Shown here piece after piece: positions 52,474-62,834 of a stretch of 64,000 nt of DNA. The stretch covers positions 320,001 to 384,000 of the forward strand of contig CAWBAT010000004.1 of NCBI GenBank assembly GCA_963786955.1, written 5' to 3'. Position 1 is the first letter of the stretch; each line of letters starts with the position of its first letter. Below the pieces are notes generated by a model. The model searched no databases and was not told where the DNA came from. It worked only from the letters and a program-made list of their open reading frames with translations. Both the position numbers and the translations under genes were made by a program. This stretch comes from an uncultured Acidimicrobiia bacterium. Its GTDB lineage: Bacteria; Acidobacteriota; Terriglobia; Versatilivoradales; Versatilivoraceae.

Positions 52474-53361
52474 CTATTGGCTTGCTTTGCCGATCGCCTT
52501 CTGATTGTAGAAGCGATGCATGCCCTCGGCAATCTCATTCAGCGAGTCCTCGACAGCGAAATGACCCGCCGCCAACCGATGCATCTCCGCCTTGGGCAGA
52601 TCCTTCAGATACGCTTCGCCGCCTTCAGGAGTGAAGAAAACGTCGTCTTGTCCCCAGAAGATGATCGTCTTAGGCTGCCGCTCTCTCAAGAAGGCCTGCC
52701 ATTTCGGATAAAGCTCGACGTTGGTGCGGTAGTCATAGAACAGATCGAGTTGCACCCGGCGCGCATTGGGACGCTGCATGAAACCGAAGTCGGATTTCCA
52801 GTTGTCCGGGCTGATCCGTTCCGGGTTCTTTGCACCAAAGAGGTAGATGCCCTTGATCGCGTCCTCCTCCAGGAATGCTGCCAGCGGTGCTTCGGTTTCT
52901 GGGCTCCGGTTCTTCCAAAGGGCGCCACGGAATCCGTCCCAAGCCTTGGTGAAACCGATTTCGTAGGCGTTGGTGTTCTGAATGATCAGCCAATCGAGGG
53001 CTTCGGGGTGGCGCGTCACAATCCGGAAACCGACAGGGCCGCCGTAGTCCTGAACGAACAGGCCGTAGTGATCGAAGCCCCGGTCCTGGAGGAATGCCTC
53101 GGTCACCTCAGACAGTTTGTCGAAAGTGTAGGCGAAGCTTGCCGGATCGGGCATGTCACTATTCCCGAATCCCGGATAGTCGGGAGCAATCACGTGGAAT
53201 CGCGTGGCGAGCGTTGGGATCAGGTCCCTGTACTGGTGAGAGGATGAGGGAAAGCCGTGCAGCAGAACGAGCTTCGGACCGGTGGCGTCTCCCGCCTCGC
53301 GGTAAGCAATATTCAAGCCTTGAACGGTGGCTGTCCGGTAGTAGGTTGGCGGTCTTGTCAT
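52474..53361 (-). CDS. Alpha/beta hydrolase (epoxide hydrolase/dehalogenase-like)
   Basis: [22 protein letters not shown] nucleophile Asp, GHFA. Confidence 0.9.
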   Translation of the reverse strand: MTRPPTYYRTATVQGLNIAYREAGDATGPKLVLLHGFPSSSHQYRDLIPTLATRFHVIAPDYPGFGNSDMPDPASFAYTFDKLSEVTEAFLQDRGFDHYGLFVQDYGGPVGFRIVTRHPEALDWLIIQNTNAYEIGFTKAWDGFRGALWKNRSPETEAPLAAFLEEDAIKGIYLFGAKNPERISPDNWKSDFGFMQRPNARRVQLDLFYDYRTNVELYPKWQAFLRERQPKTIIFWGQDDVFFTPEGGEAYLKDLPKAEMHRLAAGHFAVEDSLNEIAEGMHRFYNQKAIGKASQ

Positions 53362-53406
53362 GATGGTGTTCTCCTTTGTAAGGGTTGTTTAGGGTTTAAA
53401 CCTCGG

Positions 53407-53959
53407 TTAGGCTGCAGGTTCCATGCTTACGGAAACGCGCGGGAAATCGATATCGGTCCGCGCTACTTGGTTGAAGTAATTCGTGAAGATGTTCACCGCC
53501 ACGTTCGCCACGATCTCGGCGACATCGCCATCCGTGTAGCCTGCGGCCTTCACCTCCGCCAACGCTTGGTCAGAGACCTCGCCGCGTTGGACGACCAGAG
53601 TCTGGACGAAATTGCAGACCCGCATCGTGTTTGGCATCTTCGGAGTGCGCTTCCCGACCGCGGGCGATCTCTTCCGGTTTCAGTCCGACCATCTTGCCGA
53701 TGGCCGAGTGAGCCGAGAGGCAATATTCGCTCGAGTTCGCTTGAGCGACCGTCAGGGCGATCTGTTCGCGAAACTTCGCATCCAGGCGCCCCGTTCCGAG
53801 CGCCGCACTGAAGTTCAAGTATCCCTCCAGAGCGGCCGGAGCAGTGGCCAGCGTCTTCATCAGGTTCGGCGTCATTCCGAGCTTCGCTTGAACGCCGTCA
53901 AGTAATTGTTTTGTCTTGCCGGTGGCTTCGGCGGGGTTGACCGCTGTGATTCTTTGCAT
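53407..53959 (-). CDS. Carboxymuconolactone decarboxylase / AhpD-like protein, frameshifted near 53610
   Basis: LGMTPNLM, REQIAL, EYCLSAH, then NIFTNYFN...DIDFP in ORF 53407-53637. Confidence 0.85.
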
Positions 53960-54006
53960 TTTGTTACCTCTCTTCTGCCGCAGCTTGATTGCGACACTCT
54001 TACAAA

Positions 54007-54113
54007 TGCACCCGGCCGGCCAAACGAACAACCACTGTAAATTGTTGATATGTATTGGTCACTAGCTCGTCAGCCTGACTCATGAAATGTCGATGAATCG
54101 TGATATTTCATGA
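54007..54113 (-). promoter_or_regulatory. sigma54 promoter with IHF site and UAS for the AhpD operon
   Basis: Minus strand TGGCCGGCCGGGTGCA (54007-54022, GG-N10-GC); TATCAA-CAAT-TTA IHF consensus (54038-54050); inverted TCATGAAAT...ATTTCATGA (54080-54113). Confidence 0.75.
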
Positions 54114-54146
54114 GCGTTTCCCGATTTCTCACGCTATGATCGAAGC

Positions 54147-55780
54147 GTGGATCTTAAACCGCTTCCCGGGATCATTCTGGCCATTGCTGAACAACGCTCG
54201 CTCGACGCCGTCCTAAAAGCGATCATCGATGCGGTTGCCTGCCAACAGGGCGTGGCCTTGGCGCGGCTCTGGCTGCGGGAATCGGACGCGGAGTGTCCGG
54301 TATGTTCTAAGGGCGAACTCACTTCACAACCGGCACTCCATCTACGGGCGAGCGGTGGCACGCCCCTTTCGGCGAACGCGGACTGGTCGCGCATCAACGG
54401 CGCCTTCCATCGCATCCCGTTGTCCCCGAATCACCTGAAGATCGCACACATTGGGAGTACCGGAGAATCCATCCGCATTCCGCGCCTTTCCGAAGATCAA
54501 CAGTGGGTTCGGTATCCGGAGTGGGCACGCAGCGAGGATCTGGTGAGCTTCGCGGGCCACGCCTTGGTGTTCCGTGCGAAGTGCTGGGCGTGTTGGCGGT
54601 CTTCCGGCGGACACCTGCCGACGATGATTGTTTTGCCTGGCTCAAGACCATGTCCGACGCTGCCGCAGTCGCCATCGCCAACGCGCGCGCCTTTGAAGCG
54701 AACGAATCACTACGCCGCGAGTTAGAACTGGAGCGCGACTACCTGCGGGAAGAAGTGGAGGTCACCGGATCGTTCGGTGACCTCCTGGGCCAGAGCCCCG
54801 CGCTGAAGCGCGTGCTGCAGCAGGTTGAGATGGTGGCGGCGACGGAGGCGAGTGTGTTGGTGTTGGGTGAGAGTGGAACCGGCAAGGAACTTATCGCACG
54901 TGCAATTCATCAACGCAGTCTGCGTTCACGCAAGCCTTTGATAAAGGTCAACTGCGGGTCGATTCCACGCGAGCTTTTTGAGAGCGAATTTTTTGGTCAC
55001 GTCCGCGGCTCGTTTACTGGTGCTGTTCGTGATCGCGTAGGACGGTTTCAGCTCGCCGATGGCGGCACGCTGTTTCTGGATGAAGTCGGCGAAATCCCGC
55101 TCGACCTCCAGTCGAAGCTCCTCCGCGTCTTGCAGGAAGGCGAATTTGAACGCGTGGGCGATGAAGTCACGCGCAGGGTTAACGTCCGCATTGTCGCTGC
55201 CACCAATCGCGACCTGCGCCACGAGGTCAACGAGGGCCGCTTCCGACTCGATCTCTATTACCGCTTGGGCGTGTTCCCCATGGAGGTGCCGCCCCTTCGC
55301 GACCGCCGCGAAGATATTCCAGATCTGGTCGCGCATTTCGTCCGCCAAGCCTGCCTCCGCTTTCACCTATCGGCGCCACATATTCCGCAACGCGAGGTCG
55401 AACGCGCGCAACATTACCACTGGCCCGGCAATGTCCGTGAGCTTCAGAATGTTGTGGAGCACGCCATCATTGTCTCGCACGGCGGAAAACTCACTCTCGA
55501 TCTGCCGCAGCTCAGTCAGTCGCCCACCAAACGGAATGAGCGATCAGCCGAGCCAAGAACGTCAACTCCCGAGGTTGTGATTCCAGAAACAGAGTGGCGC
55601 AATCGTGAGCGCGCCAATGTCCTCGCTGCACTGCACCAGGCGGGTTTTCGCATCTCGGGCAAAGGAGGTGCGGCGGAACTTCTCGCCATCAACCCCGGCA
55701 CTCTGGCATCGCGCATGAAAGCCCTTGGGATCAACAAACATGACTATAAAGTGTCTGACACTCATTTCGAATCGAGATAG
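54147..55780 (+). CDS. GAF-sigma54 activator (Fis family), frameshifted near 54576
   Basis: GAF domain in ORF 54147-54725; [22 protein letters not shown] and HTH in ORF 54503-55780; adding one G gives VFRGEVLGVL. Confidence 0.88.
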
Positions 55781-56131
55781 CGTGGTAAATTCCAAGACCG
55801 GGCTTTTCATGGTGGATTTCGCCACAACCGTGGGAGTTGGTTGCTGGACTGTCGACTTCGCCGCCTCTGGCAATCCACAACCCGGCGGCAAAGGTCAACA
55901 GCCCCCCACTCCCTAAGCTCATGACAGGTGTATCTTCTACGATCAGGTTATACGCTCAGTATCCCTATTAGTTTGTCCGCACAAACATGTTACTCACAGG
56001 CTCCCCTCACCCCCTGAAGCATTCTCAATGCTTCAGCCTCTCCCGCGTTGGGGCGAGGGGAGCCGATAATTCATTAGTGGGTTCCTCTTCCCAAGGGAGA
56101 AGAAAGGTGGAAAGAAATTTTCGAACTGATT

Positions 56132-56161
56132 GTAGGGAACGCTCGCCGCAGCGTTCCCTAC
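56132..56161. repeat. GTAG-type REP hairpin
   Basis: GTAGGGAACGCTCGCCGCAGCGTTCCCTAC. Confidence 0.65.
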
Positions 56162-56587
56162 GTTGCCAAGGAGTTCTGAATTCAAATGGTTTTGCTACTC
56201 TACTGTTTCTGTTTTTCCCCGGTGGTGAGAAATCCTGGTTTACGAATGTACTCGGGCGAAAAATCGCCTAACCGGAGCCTATAAACCCGAATTGCGAAGT
56301 TGGGCGGGCATGATTTATCTCAACGCGCTGTTTTTGCCTGAGGGTTGCAAGACACGGACAAGGGGAAAAAACATACCGAGAGTTTGCGGATTTTGGTAGC
56401 GACACTCGCGCAATTTCGGAATTCGAAATAAACGGTTCTCAAAAGAACTCCAGTTACCAAGGAAGCAGTATATGGCAATGCTTGAAGAAACGGTGCGCGC
56501 GGTTGGGACCCTTAGATAGGAAAGAGCTCGAGCTGAATCAAAAAGCCGTTGGGACTGTTGAGGTTGCAAGATGGGAACCCGTCCAGG

Positions 56588-56710
56588 CGCTTGCTGCCGC
56601 TTTAGTCCACGAGTTCGTTCGCGGAGGTCAGCAGCCTGAGATAGTCGTCACATGTTTGTGCGGCCAGCAAGCTGGCCTGTGACAAAGCAGTAGCAAGCTA
56701 CCGCACTCCA
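56588..56710 (+). repeat. Direct repeat copy 2 within a palindromic element (right island boundary)
   Basis: GCTTGCTGCCGCTTT...AAAGCAGTAGCAAGCTACCGCACTCCA; the final 10 bp are the exact inverse of 50457-50466. Confidence 0.8.
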
Positions 56711-56922
56711 GGGCGCTTCGCGCATGCTCATGCGTCCTTGTGTCTAGAAAACCAATGTCTTCTTGGTTCACGGCGTGATCGAGACCATGTCCGTAAAAAG
56801 ACTAGTTGCCTTCGACTTCCACTTCAAAATATACTTTTCCCCGTGACTTTCCCCTGACGAGGACGTTTCCATTAAACCTTGCTTTATCATAACGGTAGAC
56901 AGACAACCGAAGGAGAGGATAT

Positions 56923-59571
56923 ATGGTAAGGAAATCTAGGGTATTTGTCGGTTTAGTGTTCATCCTCGCCGGGTTTGGCGCGTTAATTTCCTGTAAGACA
57001 GCTCAAACGCCGGAAGAGACGCAAAAGGCCGGCGGGGCTGGGCAGCCCCCTGCCGAGCAGCGTGTCGAGAAGAATCCCGACCGCAACGCCTATTTTGGCG
57101 AGGAACACATCCACACCAGTTGGTCCGTGGACGCCTGGGTTATGGGCAACCGCATCACCGGACCGGACGACGCCCTCAAGTATGCTCAGGGCCAAACCAT
57201 TAAGCATCCCATGGGCTACGACATCAAGATCGACACGCCGCTCGACTTCATGGGCGTGACCGATCACTCGGAGTATGTCGGCGTCACCAAGCAGGCCAAC
57301 ACGCCGGGGTCCTACGTGAGCACGCTGCCCGCGGCGCAGCCGATGATCATGAAGGATCCGAACAGCACGGAAGAGCAAAACCGGGTCTTCTCGTACCTGC
57401 TCAAGCTTGGCGCAGGGGCGCCGGTGAAGGCGCTGATGGACCCGAAGATCACGGCCACCGTGTGGAAGGAAAACGTCAAGATCGCCAACGAGAACAACCA
57501 TCCCGGCAAATTCACCGCGTTCTGCTCGTACGAGTGGACCTCGATGCCGGACAACCGCAACCTGCACCGCAACGTCTTCTTCCGGGACTGCGCCAAGGTC
57601 CCGGACTATCCGTTCAGCTCCCTCGACTCCACTCGCCCCACGGAACTGTGGAACTGGATGGACGCCCAGCGCAAAGCTGGCAACGAGTTGTTGGCCATTT
57701 CGCATAACGCCAACGTGAGCGACGGCTGGATGTACCCGGTCGACGTTGACCAGACCACCGGGCGGCCGATCGACGCCGCTTGGGCGGCCGCGCGTGACCG
57801 CAACGAGCGCCTGGTCGAGATCAAGCAGGGCAAGGGACAATCGGAGGCACATCCCTTGCTGTCTCCCAACGACGAGTTCGCCAACTACGAGATGTATGAA
57901 GCCCTCCTCGGGCTTCCGGCCAATGTCGGCCGCATCGACCGCATCTCGGGCAGCTACGCGCGCCAGGCGTATAAGGACGGCATCACCATGCAGGAGACGC
58001 GCGGCTACAACCCGTACAAGTTCGGGATGGCCGGCGGCTCCGACTCGCACAATACTGGCAGCCCGTACCGCCAAGACAACTTCTATGGCCTGCACGCGAA
58101 TGCGGACGGGACGCCCGAGCGGCGCTTCGCCGGCGTACTGATCGGCGGCACGATGGACGTGCGGCTGGAGAACCCCGGCGGGCTGACAGGCGTATGGGCC
58201 GAGGAGAACACCCGCGCTTCGCTGTTCGACGCAATGTACCGCAAGGAGACGTTCGGCGTCAGCGGTCCGCACATCAAGGTACGCTTCTTCGGCGGCTGGG
58301 GGTACGGCAAAGCCGTCGTCGACGCCGGCGATTGGGTGAAGCAGTCGTACGCGGGCGGCGTGCCGATGGGCGCGGACCTGCCGACGATGCCCGCGGGCGG
58401 GAAAGGCACTGCGCCGAAGTTCGTCGTCTGGGCGGTGAAAGACCCGACTTCCGGCAATCTTGACCGCATCCAGATCATCAAAGGCTGGACCAAGAACGGC
58501 CAGAGCTTCGAGAAGGTCTACGACGTCGCTTGGTCCGGCGACCGCAAGCCCGACAAGTGGTCCGGCCGTGTGCCGGCGATTCAGAGTACGGTCGACATCG
58601 AAAAGGCCACCTATACCAACAGCGTGGGCTCGACCGAGCTCAAGACGGTGTGGACGGATCCCGAGTTCGACGCGAGCCAGCACGCCTTCTACTACGCGCG
58701 TGTGCTCGAAATTCCCACGCCGCGCTGGACGCTGATCCAGGCGGTGAAGGCGAACCTGCCGCCGCCGGATGTCGTTCCGCTGACGGGGCAGGAGCGCGCC
58801 TGGTCTTCGCCTATCTGGTACACCCCGAGCGCTGATTCGCGCAAGAATGCGCCCGCCGGCATGACGGTGGCCGACCTGAAAGCGAAGGGGGCAACGGCAT
58901 TGGGTGATGCCCAACTGAAAGCGATGATCGTTGGCAAAGCATTCTGGATGCGGAACGACGTGACCGGAGAGCAGTTCAGCCAGAACTTCACGACCGAGGG
59001 TCAGACGATCGTGTTCCGTGTCGGAACGAATGCCCTCATGCCGAGCGCCTTCGGCAACGTCGTGCGCGACGGCTATCAGGGAACGACCCACGCCTACAAG
59101 ATCGAAGGCGGCAAGCTCGTCATCCCGGTGGCGCAGGACCCGTACTCGTTCACGTTCTACAAGGCGGGCGACACCACCTACGCTGCGCGCAGCAACGAGT
59201 TCGGCTACGCCAACTACGAGATCATCCCCGCACCACAGATTGCCGCGAACCCGCTGATCGCGATGTCGAACCAGTTCTCGATCGAGCTGGGTCTGACGGA
59301 CGAGCAGAGGAAGCAGATCGTCCCGATCCTGCAGCAAGAGGTGCAGGCGCTGGGGGCGCTGAAGAAGAACACGTCCCTCAGCGGCGCGCAGAAGGTGGAG
59401 GCCTTGCGCAAGACGGGCGTCTCCTTCGACGAGAAGATCTCGCCGTTGCTCAACCCGGACCAGCAGCAGAAGTTCCAGGCCCTGCGCGAGCAGCTGCGGC
59501 GGCGTTTGATCGAGGATGCGGCCAGCCAGGGGCTGCAGAAAGTCGAAAACAAGATGAAGAAGGAGATGTAG
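56923..59571 (+). CDS. DUF3604-domain protein (PHP-like metal-binding fold), probable lipoprotein
   Basis: LISC lipobox-like; EEHIHTSWSVDA, VTDHSE, YEWT, NLHRNV, SHNAN, SDSH, YYARVLEIPTPRW, QERAWSSPIW; extra C-terminal domains. Confidence 0.87.
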   Translation: MVRKSRVFVGLVFILAGFGALISCKTAQTPEETQKAGGAGQPPAEQRVEKNPDRNAYFGEEHIHTSWSVDAWVMGNRITGPDDALKYAQGQTIKHPMGYDIKIDTPLDFMGVTDHSEYVGVTKQANTPGSYVSTLPAAQPMIMKDPNSTEEQNRVFSYLLKLGAGAPVKALMDPKITATVWKENVKIANENNHPGKFTAFCSYEWTSMPDNRNLHRNVFFRDCAKVPDYPFSSLDSTRPTELWNWMDAQRKAGNELLAISHNANVSDGWMYPVDVDQTTGRPIDAAWAAARDRNERLVEIKQGKGQSEAHPLLSPNDEFANYEMYEALLGLPANVGRIDRISGSYARQAYKDGITMQETRGYNPYKFGMAGGSDSHNTGSPYRQDNFYGLHANADGTPERRFAGVLIGGTMDVRLENPGGLTGVWAEENTRASLFDAMYRKETFGVSGPHIKVRFFGGWGYGKAVVDAGDWVKQSYAGGVPMGADLPTMPAGGKGTAPKFVVWAVKDPTSGNLDRIQIIKGWTKNGQSFEKVYDVAWSGDRKPDKWSGRVPAIQSTVDIEKATYTNSVGSTELKTVWTDPEFDASQHAFYYARVLEIPTPRWTLIQAVKANLPPPDVVPLTGQERAWSSPIWYTPSADSRKNAPAGMTVADLKAKGATALGDAQLKAMIVGKAFWMRNDVTGEQFSQNFTTEGQTIVFRVGTNALMPSAFGNVVRDGYQGTTHAYKIEGGKLVIPVAQDPYSFTFYKAGDTTYAARSNEFGYANYEIIPAPQIAANPLIAMSNQFSIELGLTDEQRKQIVPILQQEVQALGALKKNTSLSGAQKVEALRKTGVSFDEKISPLLNPDQQQKFQALREQLRRRLIEDAASQGLQKVENKMKKEM

Positions 59572-59773
59572 AGCCAGAAGTAACAAAGAATCGCAGGACT
59601 GGCAGGCACGCTGTTCGTTTTGGATCAGCGCGTCCGATTCAAGGCGCGCTCGCTTGGATGATCGCGCGCAAGTTCACAACACAGGCTTAGCTCCGGCTCG
59701 GCAGTAGAGTGGCCCTGCCAGAAGGCAGAACAAGCCGAACGAGGAATCGGCATCCGCCGATCAGGAAAGTTCG

Positions 59774-60145
59774 ATGAAGAACAAGATCCTTGCATTGGCG
59801 GCAGCCGGAGAAGCGGGTATGGGACTGCTTCTGCTCGCGTGGCCGCCGATCGTCGTTCGCCTACTGTTCGGCGCAGAGATCAGTGGCGGCGGCGACGTAG
59901 TTAGCCGCTTCGGCGGCGTCTGCCTCGTCGGCCTAGGTGTGGCTTGCTGGCCGGGGAACTCTGCTTTCCAACCACTTAACGGAATGCTGACCTACAGCAC
60001 GCTCGCCATGCTGTACCTTACTTACATCGGTGTTTGCGGAGAAATGGTCGGGTTGCTATTGTGGCCGGCAGTTTTGCTCCATGCAATCCTCATCGTTCTA
60101 CTTTTCCGCGCGCGATTCAAAGCAGAAATGACGGCGGAGGCATGA
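59774..60145 (+). CDS. Small four-TM membrane protein
   Basis: Hydrophobic helices, LLWPAVLLH; in operon position. Confidence 0.7.
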   Translation: MKNKILALAAAGEAGMGLLLLAWPPIVVRLLFGAEISGGGDVVSRFGGVCLVGLGVACWPGNSAFQPLNGMLTYSTLAMLYLTYIGVCGEMVGLLLWPAVLLHAILIVLLFRARFKAEMTAEA

Positions 60146-60188
60146 GGACCTGAACTGATGATTTGCCGTCCTTGGTTGGAGACAGTGA

Positions 60189-61193
60189 GTGAACGAAGCG
60201 TCCGTAGTTACTGAGGCGCAGCCTGAACAAGAGGAATCCATACTGCGCCGCTCCTTTCTTTCCATCCTAAAACGCTGGCTGCGCGAGCCGCTCCTACACT
60301 TTTTACTCCTCGGAGTCGTGCTGTTCGCTATTCATAGCTACATGTATCGCGGCCGCGGCGGAATCGAGTCGTCGCGGCAGATTGTTCTGAGCCTCGATGA
60401 ACTCCGGCAGATGGACATGTATTTCGAGTCGCAATGGCATCGCCCGCCGACACCCGCCGAGTTTCAGGCCCTGGTCGAGGACAAGGTGCGCGAGGAGGTC
60501 CTTTACCGCGAAGGTATTGCGATGGGCCTCGACAAGGACGACACCATCGTCAAGCGCCGCATGGCGCAGAAGATGCAGTTCCTGGCCGAGGATGTCGCCG
60601 CCGCTCACGAACCTTCCACGGCGGAGCTCAAGGCCTGGTTCGACAAGAACAAAGAGAAGTTTGCCCTGCCGGGTCGCTACAGCTTCCGCCATCTTTACTT
60701 CTCACCCGACAAGCGCGGCAACGATGTGCAGGAAGATGCCTCCAAAGTCCTCTCGAAAATCGCCAGCCAGCCGGAAGACTCAAAACTGGCGGCATCCCTC
60801 GCCGATCCATTCATGTTCCAGAATTATTACGGTGACCGCACCCCCGAGGCGATCGCCAAGGAGTTCGGTCCGCAGTTCGCGATGAGCCTGGAGAAGCTGA
60901 AGCCCGGTTCGTGGCAGGGTCCGGTTGAGTCCGGCTATGGCTGGCATTGTGTATTCGTCGACACCTTGATCCCAGGCCGCATTCCCGCTTTCGAAGAGGT
61001 CGAGCCGGATGTAAAGACCGCCTGGCTGGGGGAACAGAAAGTTCAGGCCTGGAAGAAAGCCTACGATGCAATGCGCGCCAAATACACCGTGTTTCTACCT
61101 GCGCCTCCCACAAAGGAATCGGCGCAGCCCACCTCTCCCCCACCTCCACTCAAGAAGCAGGTTCCCACTCCATCCGGTGAGGGACCACGGTGA
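60189..61193 (+). CDS. Parvulin-type peptidyl-prolyl isomerase-like protein
   Basis: REPLLHFLLLG, EEVLYREG, DDTIVKRRMAQK, WQGPVESGYGWH. Confidence 0.87.
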   Translation: MNEASVVTEAQPEQEESILRRSFLSILKRWLREPLLHFLLLGVVLFAIHSYMYRGRGGIESSRQIVLSLDELRQMDMYFESQWHRPPTPAEFQALVEDKVREEVLYREGIAMGLDKDDTIVKRRMAQKMQFLAEDVAAAHEPSTAELKAWFDKNKEKFALPGRYSFRHLYFSPDKRGNDVQEDASKVLSKIASQPEDSKLAASLADPFMFQNYYGDRTPEAIAKEFGPQFAMSLEKLKPGSWQGPVESGYGWHCVFVDTLIPGRIPAFEEVEPDVKTAWLGEQKVQAWKKAYDAMRAKYTVFLPAPPTKESAQPTSPPPPLKKQVPTPSGEGPR

Positions 61194-61221
61194 GCAATCC
61201 ACGACGCTGGGGCAAACATAG

Positions 61222-62304
61222 TTGAGATACGAGAAACGAGATACGGGATGCGAGATGCGGGATGCGGGACATTGGAATCTCGGATCTCGCATCTCGCGCC
61301 TCGCATCCCGCATCCTATACCTCCTATCTCTAATCATTCCTTTGCTATTGTGTTCCCCTGCCTTTGCTCACGAGGCACGCCCTGCTTACCTGGAGATCAA
61401 GGAAACCGAGCCCGATCAGTTCAGTGTCCTCTGGCGCACACCGGTTCTGGCGGGTATGCGTCTGCCCATCCTTCTGAAATTGCCTGACGACTCGAAGAAC
61501 CTGAAGGAGCCCACCGTCCAGGAATTGGCGGATTCCCTCGTGGAGCGCCGATGGGTGAATGCCGGGCCGAATGGGCTGGCCGGAAAGCGGATCGAATTCG
61601 TTGGACTGCAGGCGACCATCACTGACGTCGTGGTCCGTGTTGAGATGCTCGACGGGCGCAAGTGGACGACCATCGCCCACCCGTCTCAGCCGTGGGTCGA
61701 GCTTGCCGCTTCACAAACCAGGTTAGGAGTGATGGGGACCTACATCGTGCAGGGTATCCGGCACATTCTCTTCGGCGCCGATCATCTGCTCTTCGTGCTT
61801 GGTCTGCTGCTGATCGTGAACGATCGTTGGATGCTGCTGAAGACGGTCACGGCCTTCACCGTGGCACATAGCATCACCTTGGCCATCGCGACCCTGGGCT
61901 ATGCTGAGGCGCCGGTGGTCCCTTTGAATGCCGCAATCGCTCTGAGCATTCTTTTCCTGGGACCGGAGATTGTGCGCTCGTGGCGTGGGGAGACCAGCTT
62001 TACGATCCGCCATCCTTGGGTGGTGGCTTTTGCGTTTGGGCTGTTGCATGGCTTCGGGTTTGCCAGCGCGCTCACGAGTGCCGGTTTGCCGCGAACGGAG
62101 TTGCCGCTCGCGCTGGTGAGCTTCAATGTTGGCGTAGAGCTTGGGCAACTTGGTTTCATCCTGCTGGTTCTGGCGTTGGAACGTTCCTTCACTATACTCG
62201 AAGTTCGTTGGCCACGGTGGGCTCAGGCAATTCCTGGATACGCCGTCGGTGGGCTCGGTGCATTTTGGACCATTCAAAGAGTGGCGGTGATGATTACCGG
62301 ATGA
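61222..62304 (+). CDS. HupE/UreJ-family protein (long form)
   Basis: AFAHEARPAYL, GIRHILFGADHLLF, FTVAHSITL, FGLLHGFGFA, FNVGVELGQ; start obscured by repeats. Confidence 0.87.
   Translation: MRYEKRDTGCEMRDAGHWNLGSRISRLASRILYLLSLIIPLLLCSPAFAHEARPAYLEIKETEPDQFSVLWRTPVLAGMRLPILLKLPDDSKNLKEPTVQELADSLVERRWVNAGPNGLAGKRIEFVGLQATITDVVVRVEMLDGRKWTTIAHPSQPWVELAASQTRLGVMGTYIVQGIRHILFGADHLLFVLGLLLIVNDRWMLLKTVTAFTVAHSITLAIATLGYAEAPVVPLNAAIALSILFLGPEIVRSWRGETSFTIRHPWVVAFAFGLLHGFGFASALTSAGLPRTELPLALVSFNVGVELGQLGFILLVLALERSFTILEVRWPRWAQAIPGYAVGGLGAFWTIQRVAVMITG
61224..61330. repeat. Inverted heptamer array A (GRGATRC)n/(GYATCYC)n
   Basis: GAGATAC GAGAAAC GAGATAC GGGATGC GAGATGC GGGATGC, then GAATCTC GGATCTC GCATCTC GCGCCTC GCATCCC GCATCCT. 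Confidence 0.9.
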
Positions 62305-62305
62305 T

Positions 62306-62403
62306 GCGATGCGGGATGCGAGATTCGTGATACGGGATCTGAGACCTCCACCCCGCATCTCGGATCTTGCATCTCGTATCCCGAATCTTGTATCTCGTAT
62401 CAG
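62306..62403. repeat. Inverted heptamer array B
   Basis: GCGATGC GGGATGC GAGATTC GTGATAC GGGATCT, then GCATCTC GGATCTT GCATCTC GTATCCC GAATCTT GTATCTC. Confidence 0.9.
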
Positions 62404-62417
62404 GTTCTTATTAAATT

Positions 62418-62831
62418 ATGAGCTACAGAAATCTTGAAGTCTGGAAACTCGCTCGAGAAATATCGATTGAGATTCACCACATGACGTTGGAGTCGTTGCC
62501 GAGGCTGGAAATGTATGAAGAAGCGTCGCAAATTCGCCGCTCAGCAAAATCCATCAGATCCAATATTGTCGAAGGATATGGGAGGCGAAGATACAAGTTG
62601 GAGTTCGTCCACTTTTTGACCTATGCACACGCCTCATGCGATGAGACAATTGATCACCTTGAAACCCTGCACGAAACAGGATCTCTCACGGATAACGCTT
62701 TGTATGAGCGTCTTCATCACAAGCTGAACCCATTAGGTGGGAAACTCAACCAATTCATTCAAGGTGTGGAGTTGCAACACCGTTCGGTTCGGGAGGATAG
62801 CACCGAGTATAAGCGAGATGAGGAAGAGTGA
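62418..62831 (+). CDS. Four-helix-bundle protein (23S rRNA IVP / bAvd-like family)
   Basis: [44 protein letters not shown]. Confidence 0.9.
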   Translation: MSYRNLEVWKLAREISIEIHHMTLESLPRLEMYEEASQIRRSAKSIRSNIVEGYGRRRYKLEFVHFLTYAHASCDETIDHLETLHETGSLTDNALYERLHHKLNPLGGKLNQFIQGVELQHRSVREDSTEYKRDEEE

Positions 62832-62834
62832 TGG

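Noticed and set aside
55786-56580. Short ORFs between the island activator and the right repeat
   Set aside because: No recognisable motifs; the region contains palindromic repeats and possible gene debris
56983-59586. 867 aa antisense ORF
   Set aside because: Mirror of the high-GC3 DUF3604 gene; no recognisable motifs
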